Of a stretch of DNA of 64,000 nucleotides, positions 46,433-57,014 are shown one piece after another. The notes under the pieces were generated by a model, which saw only the letters and a program-made list of their open reading frames with translations, was not told where the DNA came from and did no database searches. Origin of the DNA: a virus; IMG/VR virus record IMGVR_UViG_3300047510_002627, positions 1 through 64,000 of that record, one strand, 5' to 3'. The position numbers and the translations under genes are program-made. Positions within the stretch are counted from its first letter, which is position 1, and the number at the start of each line of letters is the position of its first letter.

Positions 46433-49141
46433 ATGGCGACTCCTCAATTATCTCCTGGTGTATTAATCAGGGAAGTTGATTTAACGGTAGGAAGGATCGA
46501 CAACATTATTGACAATATTGGAGCAATTGCTGGGCCCTTTGTAAAAGGTCCAGTAGAAGATCCAATTACAATTGAAACGGAAGACGAATTACTCAAGGTT
46601 TTTGGTCCACCAGTATCATCTGATAATCAGTATGAATATTGGTTGACAGCATCATCATTCCTCTCTTATGGGGGAATTCTTAAAGTTGTAAGAACCGATT
46701 CAGACGTAATTGTAAACTCAAGCACAAGAACCCAATTTGTTGGAGAAGTTGCTTCAATCACATCTGGAGATGATATTACTGTTGGTGCTGCTATTACAGT
46801 AGTATCCGGAAGAGCAGATGATGCAAGAACTTATGTTTCACAAACATTCGTTCTTGGAGAAATTGGAGCTGGAAACACAACTGGATACGGATATACAACA
46901 TCATCCGCAGGTTCAGGACTGATTATTTCTGTTGGTCTTGGAACCACAGGATCTGTAGAAGCACTTTCAATCATCAACAATGGTGAAGGATACAGTGCTG
47001 GAGATTCACTTTTCATCAATGATATCATTTTTGGAAACCCAGCTGGTGACACTCCTGTTCAATTAAAAATAAGTGCTGGCGCTGTTGCTACAGAGCAAGT
47101 TGAAAATATTATTGCTGATGAAGAGTTAAAGATTAAAAATGATGCTGACTATGAAGGTCAGCAAGAAGATGTAGGAGTTGCTTACCTGTATGCTGGTAAA
47201 AACCCAGGAACATGGTCAAATGGACTTGCAGTCGCATTTATTGATGACCTTGGAGATCAAATTTTAGATCTTACAGATTCTGGAGCAACTGTCAGCAATA
47301 TTCAAGTTGGATATGGAGTTACAGTTACTCTCGATCAAGTAAGAAGACCAGTAAGACGAACTGGAAGAAATGATGAAGGTGGTGGATTCTTCACCGAAGA
47401 TGGATTCCTGAAAGGAATTGTAACAGGTGTTTCAACAGATACCAGCGAAGTAGTTGTAAGAGTTGTTTCAAAAGTTGCTCTTGATGGATCAGAAACTCCT
47501 GTTGAGTACAAGAATAGATCAAGACACTCTTCATTCAAACCAAATACTCAAATTGCATTTGTAGATGAGAATGGATCAGTTATTGAAACTGCAAATATTC
47601 TTCAGGGAAGCAAAGTAAAAGACTGGTATAATGAGCAATTTATTAGTCTTGAAACTGGAAACATTCTTTGGAAAGCAATTGCACAAAAGCCATCTACTAA
47701 TCAGTGGGTAGCAGAAAGAAAGGGAAGAAATGATGCCCTTCACCTTGCAGTATTTGATGATCTTGGAACAGTAACTGGCATCAAGGGAAATCTTCTTGAA
47801 AAGTTTGTTTCTCTTTCAAAGGCAAAGGATGCAATTTCTGCGATTAATCCTCCACAAAGAGTTTATTGGAAGGATTATGTTGCACAAAATTCAGCATATA
47901 TCTTTGTTGGCGATAACCCATCAGATATTTCAAATCAAGAAAGAACTTATTCTTCTGGATTTGACCTTGGAACATCTGTTGCTGGATTTGGAAATCTGAC
48001 TCCAGTATCTCAGGCAGACGGTCTTTGGAATGTGTCAGGAAAAGAGAGAGTATTCTCTGTTCTTGGTTCAAAACTCTATAGACTTTCGGGTGGTAAGGAT
48101 TACACCCCAGTTCTGTCAACAACAACTGCTGCAGCAGCATCACCTACTGCCGCATTGACCATTGCACAGACTCAGAATGCCTCCACTGTAACGTTGACTG
48201 AAACAGTTACAATCGGTTCATTCAAAGCATCTCTTGGAGATCTGTTAAATGCATATGATTACTTCGCAGACGAAGATGAAATTGCACTTGATTATCTCTT
48301 GATGGGACCAGGACTTGAGAACAAGGAAGAATCCCAAGCAAAAGCTCAAAACTTGATTGCAATTGCTAACGAAAGAAGAGATTGTATTGCATGTATTTCT
48401 CCACACAGAGGAGATGTTGTTCCCGATGGATTCTCCTTCAAGAGCACTGATGATATGACTGATGATGTAGTTGAGTTCTTCTCAACTCTTGCATCTTCAT
48501 CCTATGCAGTGTTTGATAGTGGATATAAGTACATGTATGATAGATTTAATGATGCCTTCAGATATATCCCATGTAATGGAGACATTGCTGGTCTGATGGT
48601 AAGAACATCTATTGACAGATATCCATGGTTCTCCCCTGCTGGACAACAAAGAGGTATCATTAACAATGCAGTTAAACTTGCATATAATCCAACTAAAGCA
48701 CAAAGAGATAGACTCTATGTTGCAAGAGTAAATCCAGTTATTACTCAATCTGGACTTGGAACACTGCTCTTCGGAGATAAGACCGCTCTTGGATATGCTT
48801 CTGCATTCGATAGAATTAACGTTCGTAGATTGTTCCTCTATGTTGAGCAATCACTCAAGTCACTTGCTGATGCACAACTCTTTGAATTGAATGACGAAAT
48901 TACAAGATCCAACTTCGTTTCAGTCGTAGAGCCATTCCTTGCAGATATTCAAGCAAAGAGAGGTCTTTATGGATATCTGGTTGTTTGTGATGAGACAAAT
49001 AATACACCAGATATTATTGATAATAATGAGTTTAGAGCAGACATTTATCTGCAACCAACTAAATCCATCAATTACGTAACATTAACATTTGTTGCGACTA
49101 GAACGGGAATTAGTTTCGGTGAAATTACCGGTACAGTTTGA
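46433..49141 (+). CDS. gp18: Tail sheath protein gp18
   Basis: SPGVLIREVDLT, PWFSPAG, AFDRINVRRLF; ATAAATA at 46393-46399. Confidence 0.96.
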   Translation: MATPQLSPGVLIREVDLTVGRIDNIIDNIGAIAGPFVKGPVEDPITIETEDELLKVFGPPVSSDNQYEYWLTASSFLSYGGILKVVRTDSDVIVNSSTRTQFVGEVASITSGDDITVGAAITVVSGRADDARTYVSQTFVLGEIGAGNTTGYGYTTSSAGSGLIISVGLGTTGSVEALSIINNGEGYSAGDSLFINDIIFGNPAGDTPVQLKISAGAVATEQVENIIADEELKIKNDADYEGQQEDVGVAYLYAGKNPGTWSNGLAVAFIDDLGDQILDLTDSGATVSNIQVGYGVTVTLDQVRRPVRRTGRNDEGGGFFTEDGFLKGIVTGVSTDTSEVVVRVVSKVALDGSETPVEYKNRSRHSSFKPNTQIAFVDENGSVIETANILQGSKVKDWYNEQFISLETGNILWKAIAQKPSTNQWVAERKGRNDALHLAVFDDLGTVTGIKGNLLEKFVSLSKAKDAISAINPPQRVYWKDYVAQNSAYIFVGDNPSDISNQERTYSSGFDLGTSVAGFGNLTPVSQADGLWNVSGKERVFSVLGSKLYRLSGGKDYTPVLSTTTAAAASPTAALTIAQTQNASTVTLTETVTIGSFKASLGDLLNAYDYFADEDEIALDYLLMGPGLENKEESQAKAQNLIAIANERRDCIACISPHRGDVVPDGFSFKSTDDMTDDVVEFFSTLASSSYAVFDSGYKYMYDRFNDAFRYIPCNGDIAGLMVRTSIDRYPWFSPAGQQRGIINNAVKLAYNPTKAQRDRLYVARVNPVITQSGLGTLLFGDKTALGYASAFDRINVRRLFLYVEQSLKSLADAQLFELNDEITRSNFVSVVEPFLADIQAKRGLYGYLVVCDETNNTPDIIDNNEFRADIYLQPTKSINYVTLTFVATRTGISFGEITGTV

Positions 49142-49176
49142 TTTTCGTAATTAATTTCAAATAAGGAGGAACAAAA

Positions 49177-49896
49177 ATGGCATTTGGAAGTTACGCAACA
49201 AGCAATTCTCCCGCCCTTAAAAACTTAACCGAGTTTAAAACTAAGTTACGTGGTGGGGGTGCAAGACCAAATCTTTTTGAGGTCAACATTGAATCATTCC
49301 CAGATGTAATAAAGGCCTACTGGACAAAAGAAGATAGAGAAGATTTCTCTTTCTTATGCAAGGCAGCTGCTTTGCCAGCGTCTAATGTTGCAGCAATTGA
49401 TGTTCCTTTCAGAGGACGTATTTTTAAAGTTGCTGGTGATCGTACATTCGACACTTGGACAGTTACTGTCATCAATGATGAGGACTTCAACCTCAGACAT
49501 GCCTTTGAAATGTGGATGAACCACATTTCCAAGTTGGATAATGCTTCTGGAGCTGTTAATCCACAGTCTTACATGACTGATGCAATTGTTTATCAGTTTG
49601 GTAGATCAAACAAGAGAAATGGTAGACAAGTTCAGGATGAAGCTGGAAAACTGGGTTCATCCGCACCACCAAACACGGGATCTTTCAAACCACCAGTTTT
49701 GAGAGCATATAAAATGCATGACATTTTCCCAACAAATGTGTCTCAAATTGATCTTTCATATGATACAGGCGACACAATTGAAGAATTCACTGTAGAATTC
49801 CAAATTAACTGGTTTGAAATTGAAGATACGGCTAATGGATCAAGTGGAAATGATTCTGAAGTTGGAGGTCAGGCTCCTAACCTGAGAGTAACCTAA
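49177..49896 (+). CDS. gp19: Tail tube protein gp19
   Basis: GGARPNLFEV, VPFRGR..KVAGDRTFDTW, IEEFTVEF motifs. Confidence 0.96.
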   Translation: MAFGSYATSNSPALKNLTEFKTKLRGGGARPNLFEVNIESFPDVIKAYWTKEDREDFSFLCKAAALPASNVAAIDVPFRGRIFKVAGDRTFDTWTVTVINDEDFNLRHAFEMWMNHISKLDNASGAVNPQSYMTDAIVYQFGRSNKRNGRQVQDEAGKLGSSAPPNTGSFKPPVLRAYKMHDIFPTNVSQIDLSYDTGDTIEEFTVEFQINWFEIEDTANGSSGNDSEVGGQAPNLRVT

Positions 49897-49939
49897 TAGA
49901 GTTGTCTAAATAATAGGAAATACCGCTTAACTTTTAATA

Positions 49940-51649
49940 ATGGCTAAATTGTTCGGATTTTCTATTGAAGACGACGATAAGTTACCAAAGTCCGCATTAT
50001 CCCCCGTCCCCATCAACAATGAGGACGGGGTTGACCACTATTTAACTAGTGGTTTTTTTGGTTCTTATGTTGACATTGAAGGTGTTTACAGAAATGAATT
50101 TGAGTTAATAAAAAGATATAGAGAGATGGCACTGCATCCAGAAGTGGACAGTGCCATTGAAGATATTGTGAACGAGGCTATTGTATCAGATACAAATGAT
50201 ACTCCCGTTCAAGTAGAACTTTCAAACCTTAATGCTAGTGATGGTATTAAGAAAAAAATTAGAGAGGAGTTTAAACATATTTTAAACTTATTAGATTTTG
50301 ATAAAAAATGCCATGAAATTTATAGAAATTGGTATATTGATGGAAGAATTTTTTATCATAAAGTAATCGATTTAAAAAGACCAGAAGATGGAATTCAGGA
50401 GTTAAGGTATATTGACTCCATGAAAATGCGTTATGTTAGACAAGAAAAGCAAAAGAAGCAAAGTAATGCAAGAACATCACAAATAGTGATGTCTTCTGGA
50501 TCGGAACAAAATCCAATGGATTTTACTTTTCCAGAAATTGAAGAGTATTTTCTCTACACTCCAAAATCTTCATATCCAGTTGGCAATACAAATCCTGGAC
50601 AACAAGGTGGAGCAAAAGGTGGGGGAATTAAAATTGCAAGAGATGCAGTTGCATATTGCACTTCAGGATTAGTAGATAGAAATAAAGGAACTACTCTTTC
50701 TTATTTGAATAAGGCAATTAAGTCTCTCAATCAACTTCGTATGATTGAAGATTCTCTAGTTATTTACAGACTTTCAAGAGCACCAGAACGTAGGATTTTT
50801 TACATTGACGTTGGTAATCTTCCAAAGATGAAGGCAGAGCAATACCTTCGTGATGTAATGATGCGTTATCGTAATAAACTGGTTTACGACTCCAATACTG
50901 GAGAAATTCGTGATGACAAAAAGTTTATGGCAATGCTTGAGGATTATTGGTTACCACGTAGAGAAGGTGGTAGAGGAACTGAAATTTCCACACTTCCAGG
51001 TGGACAAAACCTAGGAGAAATTACAGATATTAATTATTTTCAAAAGAAATTATATCGTTCACTTAATGTTCCCCCATCAAGAATGGATGGAGAAGGTGGT
51101 TTTAATCTTGGTCGTTCTTCTGAGATCTTAAGAGATGAACTTAAATTTACTAAGTTTGTTGGTCGCTTAAGAAAGAGATTTGCCAATTTATTTAACGACT
51201 TATTAAGAACTCAATTAATTCTTAAAAATATTATTACTCCAGAAGATTGGGAAATGATGTCTGAACACATTCAGTATGATTTCTTATATGATAATCACTT
51301 CTCAGAACTTAAAGATGCAGAGTTGATGACTGAAAGATTAAATCTTGCGGCAACTGCGGAACCTTATATCGGTAAATATTTCTCACAAGAATATGTAAGA
51401 ACTCAAATTCTTAAGCAAACTGACGGTGAAATTAAAGAAGAAGATGAAAAGATTAAAAAAGAAATTTCCAAAGGTATTATCCAAGATCCAAATGCAATGG
51501 TCGATCCAGAAACTGGATTACCTATGGATCCATCTGTAGTTCCTGGTGCAGATAATATAAATGGAGCATCGGGAAAGGTTCCATTGGATGGAAAAACACC
51601 AGAAGTTAATGGTAAAGTCGCAGAACCACCATCAATAAGAATGAAATAA
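49940..51649 (+). CDS. gp20: Portal vertex protein gp20
   Basis: RAPERRIFYIDVGNLPK and EDYWLPRREGGRGTEI; CTAAATA at 49906-49912. Confidence 0.97.
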   Translation: MAKLFGFSIEDDDKLPKSALSPVPINNEDGVDHYLTSGFFGSYVDIEGVYRNEFELIKRYREMALHPEVDSAIEDIVNEAIVSDTNDTPVQVELSNLNASDGIKKKIREEFKHILNLLDFDKKCHEIYRNWYIDGRIFYHKVIDLKRPEDGIQELRYIDSMKMRYVRQEKQKKQSNARTSQIVMSSGSEQNPMDFTFPEIEEYFLYTPKSSYPVGNTNPGQQGGAKGGGIKIARDAVAYCTSGLVDRNKGTTLSYLNKAIKSLNQLRMIEDSLVIYRLSRAPERRIFYIDVGNLPKMKAEQYLRDVMMRYRNKLVYDSNTGEIRDDKKFMAMLEDYWLPRREGGRGTEISTLPGGQNLGEITDINYFQKKLYRSLNVPPSRMDGEGGFNLGRSSEILRDELKFTKFVGRLRKRFANLFNDLLRTQLILKNIITPEDWEMMSEHIQYDFLYDNHFSELKDAELMTERLNLAATAEPYIGKYFSQEYVRTQILKQTDGEIKEEDEKIKKEISKGIIQDPNAMVDPETGLPMDPSVVPGADNINGASGKVPLDGKTPEVNGKVAEPPSIRMK

Positions 51650-51666
51650 TTTAATATTTTTATATT

Positions 51667-52392
51667 ATGGGAAAAGAAATTAAAGATAATTTAGATCCGG
51701 TTGAAGATTTTTTCTTTGGAATATCAAACGTAAAAGACTATCACAATGCTACTCATACCGCATTGGGGCATATGATTTATAGTCATTTTGAATGGGTCAA
51801 TGGAAAATTTTTTGAGGCCTTAATTGACTTTTTAAAAAAAGCAAAAATTGAATCCATGATTGATGTTGGTGGTTGTAATGGACATGTATCAAAATTATTA
51901 TTAGAGTTTATTGATACTTTGGAGCAAACAATTATTATTGAACCTGTTCCAAAAAACTATCATTTTATTAATTTTAGATTTTGTGATGAACCAAGGATAC
52001 AAGTATGTACAGATGCAATTTATTACGGAAAAGATTCATTATTATTAACTTCTGAAGATGGAAATTTGGGTGGATTTCATACTTCTAATCATGGATATGA
52101 AGTACCGACTACAACCTTAGAAAAATTTCCTGTACCAGATTTTTTAAAATTGGATGTTGAAGGAGCAGAATATAACATTATTGAAAATTCAACCATGTTA
52201 AAAAAAGTTCCTTTTATAAACATAGAATTTCATGACAGTGAAAATAACTCTTGTAATGACTGGGAAGATTATGTAACTAAACACTTTCCAGAGCATAAAA
52301 TTCATTTAAATGGCAAGAATTTTTTAAGATTTGATAATCTTTCGTATCATGAACAAGTTCTTTTAGTTCCTAAAAGATATAAAATCTCATAA
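51667..52392 (+). CDS. FkbM-family SAM-dependent methyltransferase
   Basis: MIDVGGCNG (motif I), IEPVPKNY, FLKLDVEGAEYNII, IEFH. Confidence 0.85.
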   Translation: MGKEIKDNLDPVEDFFFGISNVKDYHNATHTALGHMIYSHFEWVNGKFFEALIDFLKKAKIESMIDVGGCNGHVSKLLLEFIDTLEQTIIIEPVPKNYHFINFRFCDEPRIQVCTDAIYYGKDSLLLTSEDGNLGGFHTSNHGYEVPTTTLEKFPVPDFLKLDVEGAEYNIIENSTMLKKVPFINIEFHDSENNSCNDWEDYVTKHFPEHKIHLNGKNFLRFDNLSYHEQVLLVPKRYKIS

Positions 52393-52419
52393 ATAACACG
52401 AAAACACAGAAAAACAATT

Positions 52420-52581
52420 ATGGAAAACATTGTTGATTTAATTACTTATGACGAGTCTCCATCGGAGATTAGTGACGCAATTAAAGATTCTTTATTTGCA
52501 AGAGCAGCAGAAAAAATTGAAAATATAAAACCAGATATTGCAGCATCTTTATTCGTATCGCCAGAGTATGAAGAAGAATAG
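52420..52581 (+). CDS. Small acidic prohead core protein (gp67 position; 53 aa)
   Basis: Hand translation MENIVDLITYDESPSEISDAIKDSLFARAAEKIE...; ATAAATA at 52389-52395. Confidence 0.75.
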   Translation: MENIVDLITYDESPSEISDAIKDSLFARAAEKIENIKPDIAASLFVSPEYEEE

Positions 52582-52583
52582 TT

Positions 52584-52607
52584 TATAAATATACCGTTCT
52601 ATAAATA
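52584..52607 (+). promoter_or_regulatory. Tandem T4 late promoters
   Basis: TATAAATA at 52584-52591 and 52600-52607. Confidence 0.8.
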
Positions 52608-52634
52608 ATATTATAAAAATCGTTAATTATAATC

Positions 52635-52895
52635 ATGATCATTAAGCCCAAAGGTGTTGCTGTAAATATTGTTGGATCTGCTAGTTCTGTTCCAGATCTC
52701 AGTTCCATTGGAGCAACATTAGTGTCTCTTGTTAATACACAAGCATCAGCAGTTAGTGTTGCACTGAGTCCAGATGGGACAGATGTTTATATTGCAGCGG
52801 GCGAGAGGGTTTTACTCCAAAAAGCACCAGCAACCACTATTACTGTTGCCTCTGGTGATCCAGTATATGCAACTAACGTAGGATTCACAAATTAA
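52635..52895 (+). CDS. Small virion structural protein upstream of gp21
   Basis: 86-aa beta-rich ORF in the head cluster behind late promoters. Confidence 0.75.
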   Translation: MIIKPKGVAVNIVGSASSVPDLSSIGATLVSLVNTQASAVSVALSPDGTDVYIAAGERVLLQKAPATTITVASGDPVYATNVGFTN

Positions 52896-52899
52896 TCTC

Positions 52900-53544
52900 A
52901 TGAAACTAATCAAAGAAGAAATAGAATCAGTAAATTTTATTACTGAGGAAAAAAATGGAAAGAAAACCCTTCATATCGAAGGAACTTTTCTCCAAGGAAA
53001 TATAAAAAACCGTAACGGTCGTATGTATCCCATGGAGACTCTTCAAAGAGAAGTTAAGAGATATAATGCAGAATATGTTGAAAAAGGACGTGCTCTTGGA
53101 GAACTCGGACATCCTGATGGACCTACTGTGAATCTCGATAGAGTTTCACATATGATTACATCCTTAAAGGAAGATGGGACAAACTTTGTCGGAAAGGCAA
53201 AAATCCTTGATACTCCTATGGGTAAAATTGCATCTTCTTTAATTGGGGAAGGTGTAAAACTTGGAGTTTCTTCAAGAGGAGTTGGTTCTCTTGTAGAGAA
53301 AAATGGAGTCAAAGTTGTTAATGATGACTTCATGTTAGCAACTGCAGCAGACATCGTTGCCGACCCATCAGCACCAGATGCTTTTGTAAATGGCATCATG
53401 GAAGGTGTTGAGTGGGTTTGGAATAGTGGTGTTTCTGAGCAAAAAGTAGAGAGTTTACAAAAAAGAATTGACAAACTTGCAAGAGAACGTGCTTTAAATG
53501 AGCAAGCACTCAGTCTTTTCAATGAGTTTCTCAATTCTTTGTAA
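52900..53544 (+). CDS. gp21: Prohead core protease gp21
   Basis: NRNGRMYP, ALGELGHP, LGVSSRG, DIVADPSAPDAFV. Confidence 0.96.
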   Translation: MKLIKEEIESVNFITEEKNGKKTLHIEGTFLQGNIKNRNGRMYPMETLQREVKRYNAEYVEKGRALGELGHPDGPTVNLDRVSHMITSLKEDGTNFVGKAKILDTPMGKIASSLIGEGVKLGVSSRGVGSLVEKNGVKVVNDDFMLATAADIVADPSAPDAFVNGIMEGVEWVWNSGVSEQKVESLQKRIDKLARERALNEQALSLFNEFLNSL

Positions 53545-53601
53545 TTAAATAATTTTATAAATAAATATAGTTTAACTTATACGAGTTTACGGAGAGTTCA
53601 A

Positions 53602-54864
53602 ATGTCCCGTGGTAGAAATTTACAGGAAATGGAAGCAGGCACTACACAATCCAAAACTGCTGTCAATACTGGAGCAAAAGGTGCAGAACCTATGAAGAAG
53701 TTGACTACTGGAATTCCAGATGGTCAATCAACAAGCTGGCAAGATCTTGGTGGACCAACACCAGATAATTATACTAATGACGAAAATGGACCAGCAAAAC
53801 TTGGAGATGCATCTACCCCATTAAAGCAAGTTAGAGATGTAGTCAACAAAGGTTCAAAGGCAGCAGAAGGAATGAAGAAAGCTCCTGCTTATGCAACAAC
53901 AGGAGGTTCTTCAGTTTCTCGCAGTGCTGGAGAAGGAATGAAGAAAATGGCAAATCCAGTTAAAGAAGAAGAAGAACTGGATGATGAAATGGTCGAAGAA
54001 TTCCTTGAGGATGAAGAGGTAATCTCTGAGGCTGAAAAGGAAGAAGAAGACGAAAAGGATGAGGACGAAAAGGAAGAGGGCAAGAAAAAGTCCAAGAAGG
54101 AAGATGATGAAGATGATGAAGATGAAATGAAGAAGGAAGAGTTTGACATCGAAGAAGATGTTCATGCTCTTCTTGATGGTGAGGAACTCTCCGAAGAATT
54201 CCAAGAAAAAGCACGTACAATCTTTGAAGCAGCACTTCGTTCAAAGGTAACTGAAATCCGTGAGTCTCTTGAAGCACAATACGAAGAGAGACTTGTAGAA
54301 GAAGTTGCTGAAATCAAGTCTGTTCTTGAAGAGCGTGTTGATTCATATCTTGAGTACGTTGCTCAAGAATGGTTAGAGGAAAATGCACTTGCAGTTGAGC
54401 AAGGCATTAGAACAGAAATGACCGAATCCTTCATTACTGGTATGAAGGGTCTTTTTGAAGCACATTATGTAGAAATCCCTGAAGAGAAATATGATGTCCT
54501 TGAGAGTATGGTAGACAAACTTGATGAAATGGAGACAAAACTCAACGAGCAAATTGAGAAGAATGTTTCCCTTAACAAGCGCCTCGCAGAGTCGGTTGCT
54601 GACGGAATCTTTGATAATGTTGCTGAGGGACTTGCCCTGAGCCAGAAAGAAAAGCTCGCTTCACTTGCTGAAAGTGTTGAGTTTGAAAGTGAAGAACAAT
54701 ATCGTGAAAAGTTGGAGATGCTGAAAGAATCTTATTTCACAGCACAGAAAGCTCCAAAGGCAACAACAGAGACTCTCTCAGAAGGAGTAGATTCTACTCC
54801 AGAAATGGTTTCTCCAGGAATGGAGGCTTATATGAGAGCACTGAACTCAGTTGCAAAAAACTGA
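53602..54864 (+). CDS. gp22: Prohead core scaffold protein gp22
   Basis: DLGGPTP, acidic tract, LSEEFQEKARTIFEAA; TATAAATA at 53556-53563. Confidence 0.93.
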   Translation: MSRGRNLQEMEAGTTQSKTAVNTGAKGAEPMKKLTTGIPDGQSTSWQDLGGPTPDNYTNDENGPAKLGDASTPLKQVRDVVNKGSKAAEGMKKAPAYATTGGSSVSRSAGEGMKKMANPVKEEEELDDEMVEEFLEDEEVISEAEKEEEDEKDEDEKEEGKKKSKKEDDEDDEDEMKKEEFDIEEDVHALLDGEELSEEFQEKARTIFEAALRSKVTEIRESLEAQYEERLVEEVAEIKSVLEERVDSYLEYVAQEWLEENALAVEQGIRTEMTESFITGMKGLFEAHYVEIPEEKYDVLESMVDKLDEMETKLNEQIEKNVSLNKRLAESVADGIFDNVAEGLALSQKEKLASLAESVEFESEEQYREKLEMLKESYFTAQKAPKATTETLSEGVDSTPEMVSPGMEAYMRALNSVAKN

Positions 54865-54914
54865 ATTTAATATTAACAACAAAACAAACGCACTTTAGTA
54901 AAAGGTAAAAAGCA

Positions 54915-56351
54915 ATGTTTCAATCAGAAGCACTGCAGAAGAAGTGGGCACCTCTTCTGGAGCACGAAGGTTGCGAAGCAATCAAAGACTCCCACAGAAA
55001 GGCTGTAACCGCTGTTCTGCTTGAGAACCAAGAAAGATTTTTAAGAGAGCAATCTGCTTTCAATGCAGGTGGACTCCTGACCGAGACCCCAACTGTCAAC
55101 ACTGGATCAGGTCCAGTTGTTAACGGTGTTGGTGGCCCTGGTTTCGGTGGATCCGCCGATGCTGCTGGTCCAGTAGCAGGTTTCGATCCCGTACTGATTT
55201 CACTGATCCGTCGTTCAATGCCAAACCTGGTCGCTTATGACCTCGCTGGTGTTCAACCAATGAACGGACCAACAGGACTCATCTTTGCGATGAGAGCACG
55301 TTATGAAGATCAGAACGGAACAGAAGCACTGTTCAATGAGCCAAACACTGCATACTCTGGTCAAGATGACGGATTCGATAACGATCTTGGCGATTACACC
55401 AGAAACGCAGGAAATGGAGCTGCTGTAGGTCTCGGTACTACAGGACCACAAACAGGAGATAATCCTGGTCTTCTGAATCCAAATGGATCAGAAACTGGAT
55501 ATAACGTTGGTCAGGGTATGAATACCGCTGATGCTGAGAATCTCGGCAACGGTACTGGTAACCAGTTCAACGAAATGGCTTTCTCAATCGAGAAAGTTCT
55601 TGTTGAGGCCAAGTCAAGAGCACTGAAGGCAGAATACAGCCTTGAACTTGCTCAAGACCTGAAGGCAATCCACGGTCTGAATGCAGAAGCTGAGTTGGCA
55701 AACATTCTGTCAACTGAGATTCTTGCTGAAATCAACCGTGAAGTCATCAGAACCATCTACAAGGTTGCTGAGCAGGGTGCAACTCTGAACACCGCAACCG
55801 CAGGTGTATTTGACCTTGACGTTGACTCCAACGGTCGTTGGTCAGTTGAGAAGTTCAAAGGTCTGCTGTTCCAAATCGAGCGTGATGCAAACCAGATTGC
55901 ACAGAGAACTCGTAGAGGAAAGGGCAATGTAATCATGTGCTCTGCTGACGTTGCTTCAGCACTCACCATGGCAGGAGTACTTGACTACACCCCAGCACTC
56001 AACGCAAACCTGAATGTTGATGACACTGGTAACACCTTCGCTGGTGTTCTGATGGGCAAATTCCGCGTATATATTGACCCATATTCTGCTAATAACGCTG
56101 CTTCACAGTACTACGTTATTGGTTATAAGGGTTCTTCACCTTATGACGCAGGACTTTTCTATTGCCCATATGTTCCTCTCCAAATGGTACGTGCCGTTGG
56201 TGAGAACACCTTCCAACCAAAAATCGGATTTAAGACCCGCTACGGCATGGTCGCTAATCCATTCGCAGAAGGAACTGCCCAGGGTCTCGGAAGACTGCAA
56301 ACAGGTACAAACCGTTACTACAGAAGAGTACGTGTTAACAACCTCATGTGA
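54915..56351 (+). CDS. gp23: Major capsid protein gp23
   Basis: LISLIRRSMPNL, VQPMNGPTGLIFAMR, SRALKAEYSLELAQDLKAIHG, FQPKIGFKTRYG. Confidence 0.98.
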   Translation: MFQSEALQKKWAPLLEHEGCEAIKDSHRKAVTAVLLENQERFLREQSAFNAGGLLTETPTVNTGSGPVVNGVGGPGFGGSADAAGPVAGFDPVLISLIRRSMPNLVAYDLAGVQPMNGPTGLIFAMRARYEDQNGTEALFNEPNTAYSGQDDGFDNDLGDYTRNAGNGAAVGLGTTGPQTGDNPGLLNPNGSETGYNVGQGMNTADAENLGNGTGNQFNEMAFSIEKVLVEAKSRALKAEYSLELAQDLKAIHGLNAEAELANILSTEILAEINREVIRTIYKVAEQGATLNTATAGVFDLDVDSNGRWSVEKFKGLLFQIERDANQIAQRTRRGKGNVIMCSADVASALTMAGVLDYTPALNANLNVDDTGNTFAGVLMGKFRVYIDPYSANNAASQYYVIGYKGSSPYDAGLFYCPYVPLQMVRAVGENTFQPKIGFKTRYGMVANPFAEGTAQGLGRLQTGTNRYYRRVRVNNLM

Positions 56352-56377
56352 TCCATTAGGTTCACTAGGTTTTCTTG

Positions 56378-56401
56378 GGGGGTCTTCGGACCCCCTTTTT
56401 T
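56378..56401 (+). terminator. Rho-independent terminator after gp23
   Basis: GGGGGTC-TTCG-GACCCCC (UUCG loop) followed by T6. Confidence 0.92.
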
Positions 56402-56424
56402 ATTCTAAATAGTTAAAAAATACC

Positions 56425-57012
56425 ATGGAAGATAAACCAAAAGGTAGAAGAGGTCAAATAGAAAATAGAAACTATCTTTCAAGTACTGGATTTAAATTTG
56501 TTTTGAGTCGTGCTCCAAAGACAGCCTTCTTTTGCAATAAAGCAAATATACCTGGAATCACTCTAGGAGTTGCAAATCAATCAAATTATCTTACAAATCC
56601 AATTCCTCATCCTGGGGATAATATGATATTTGAAGATTTTCAAATGGATTTTATAGTGGATGAAGATCTGACAAACTTCATGGAAATTCAATTTTGGATG
56701 AGAGGATTGGGATTTCCTGAGAGTTTAGAAGAAATATATGATTGGCAAAATGACCCAGATAGTTATCTTTATGGCGGTTTAGATGCAAATATGAATTTGT
56801 ATTCTGATGGAACTTTATTCATATTGAATAGTAATTTCAGGTTGAATCATCAAATAAGATTTAGAAAAATGTTCCCATATAGATTATCGGAACTTTCTTT
56901 TGATGCAACAAATACAGATGAAGAGTACTTTACTGCTAGTGTGAGTTTTAAATATATGATGTATAATATAGCAGATGAAAAAGGATACATTAAACCAAAA
57001 CGATATAGTTAA
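56425..57012 (+). CDS. gp3: Tail completion protein gp3
   Basis: NRNYLSSTGFKF, ANIPGI, FIVDEDL.N motifs; CTAAATA at 56405-56411. Confidence 0.9.
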   Translation: MEDKPKGRRGQIENRNYLSSTGFKFVLSRAPKTAFFCNKANIPGITLGVANQSNYLTNPIPHPGDNMIFEDFQMDFIVDEDLTNFMEIQFWMRGLGFPESLEEIYDWQNDPDSYLYGGLDANMNLYSDGTLFILNSNFRLNHQIRFRKMFPYRLSELSFDATNTDEEYFTASVSFKYMMYNIADEKGYIKPKRYS

Positions 57013-57014
57013 TT

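Noticed and set aside
53960-54160. GAA/GAT-rich tract as a microsatellite or phase-variable repeat
   Set aside because: It encodes the normal acidic low-complexity linker of gp22
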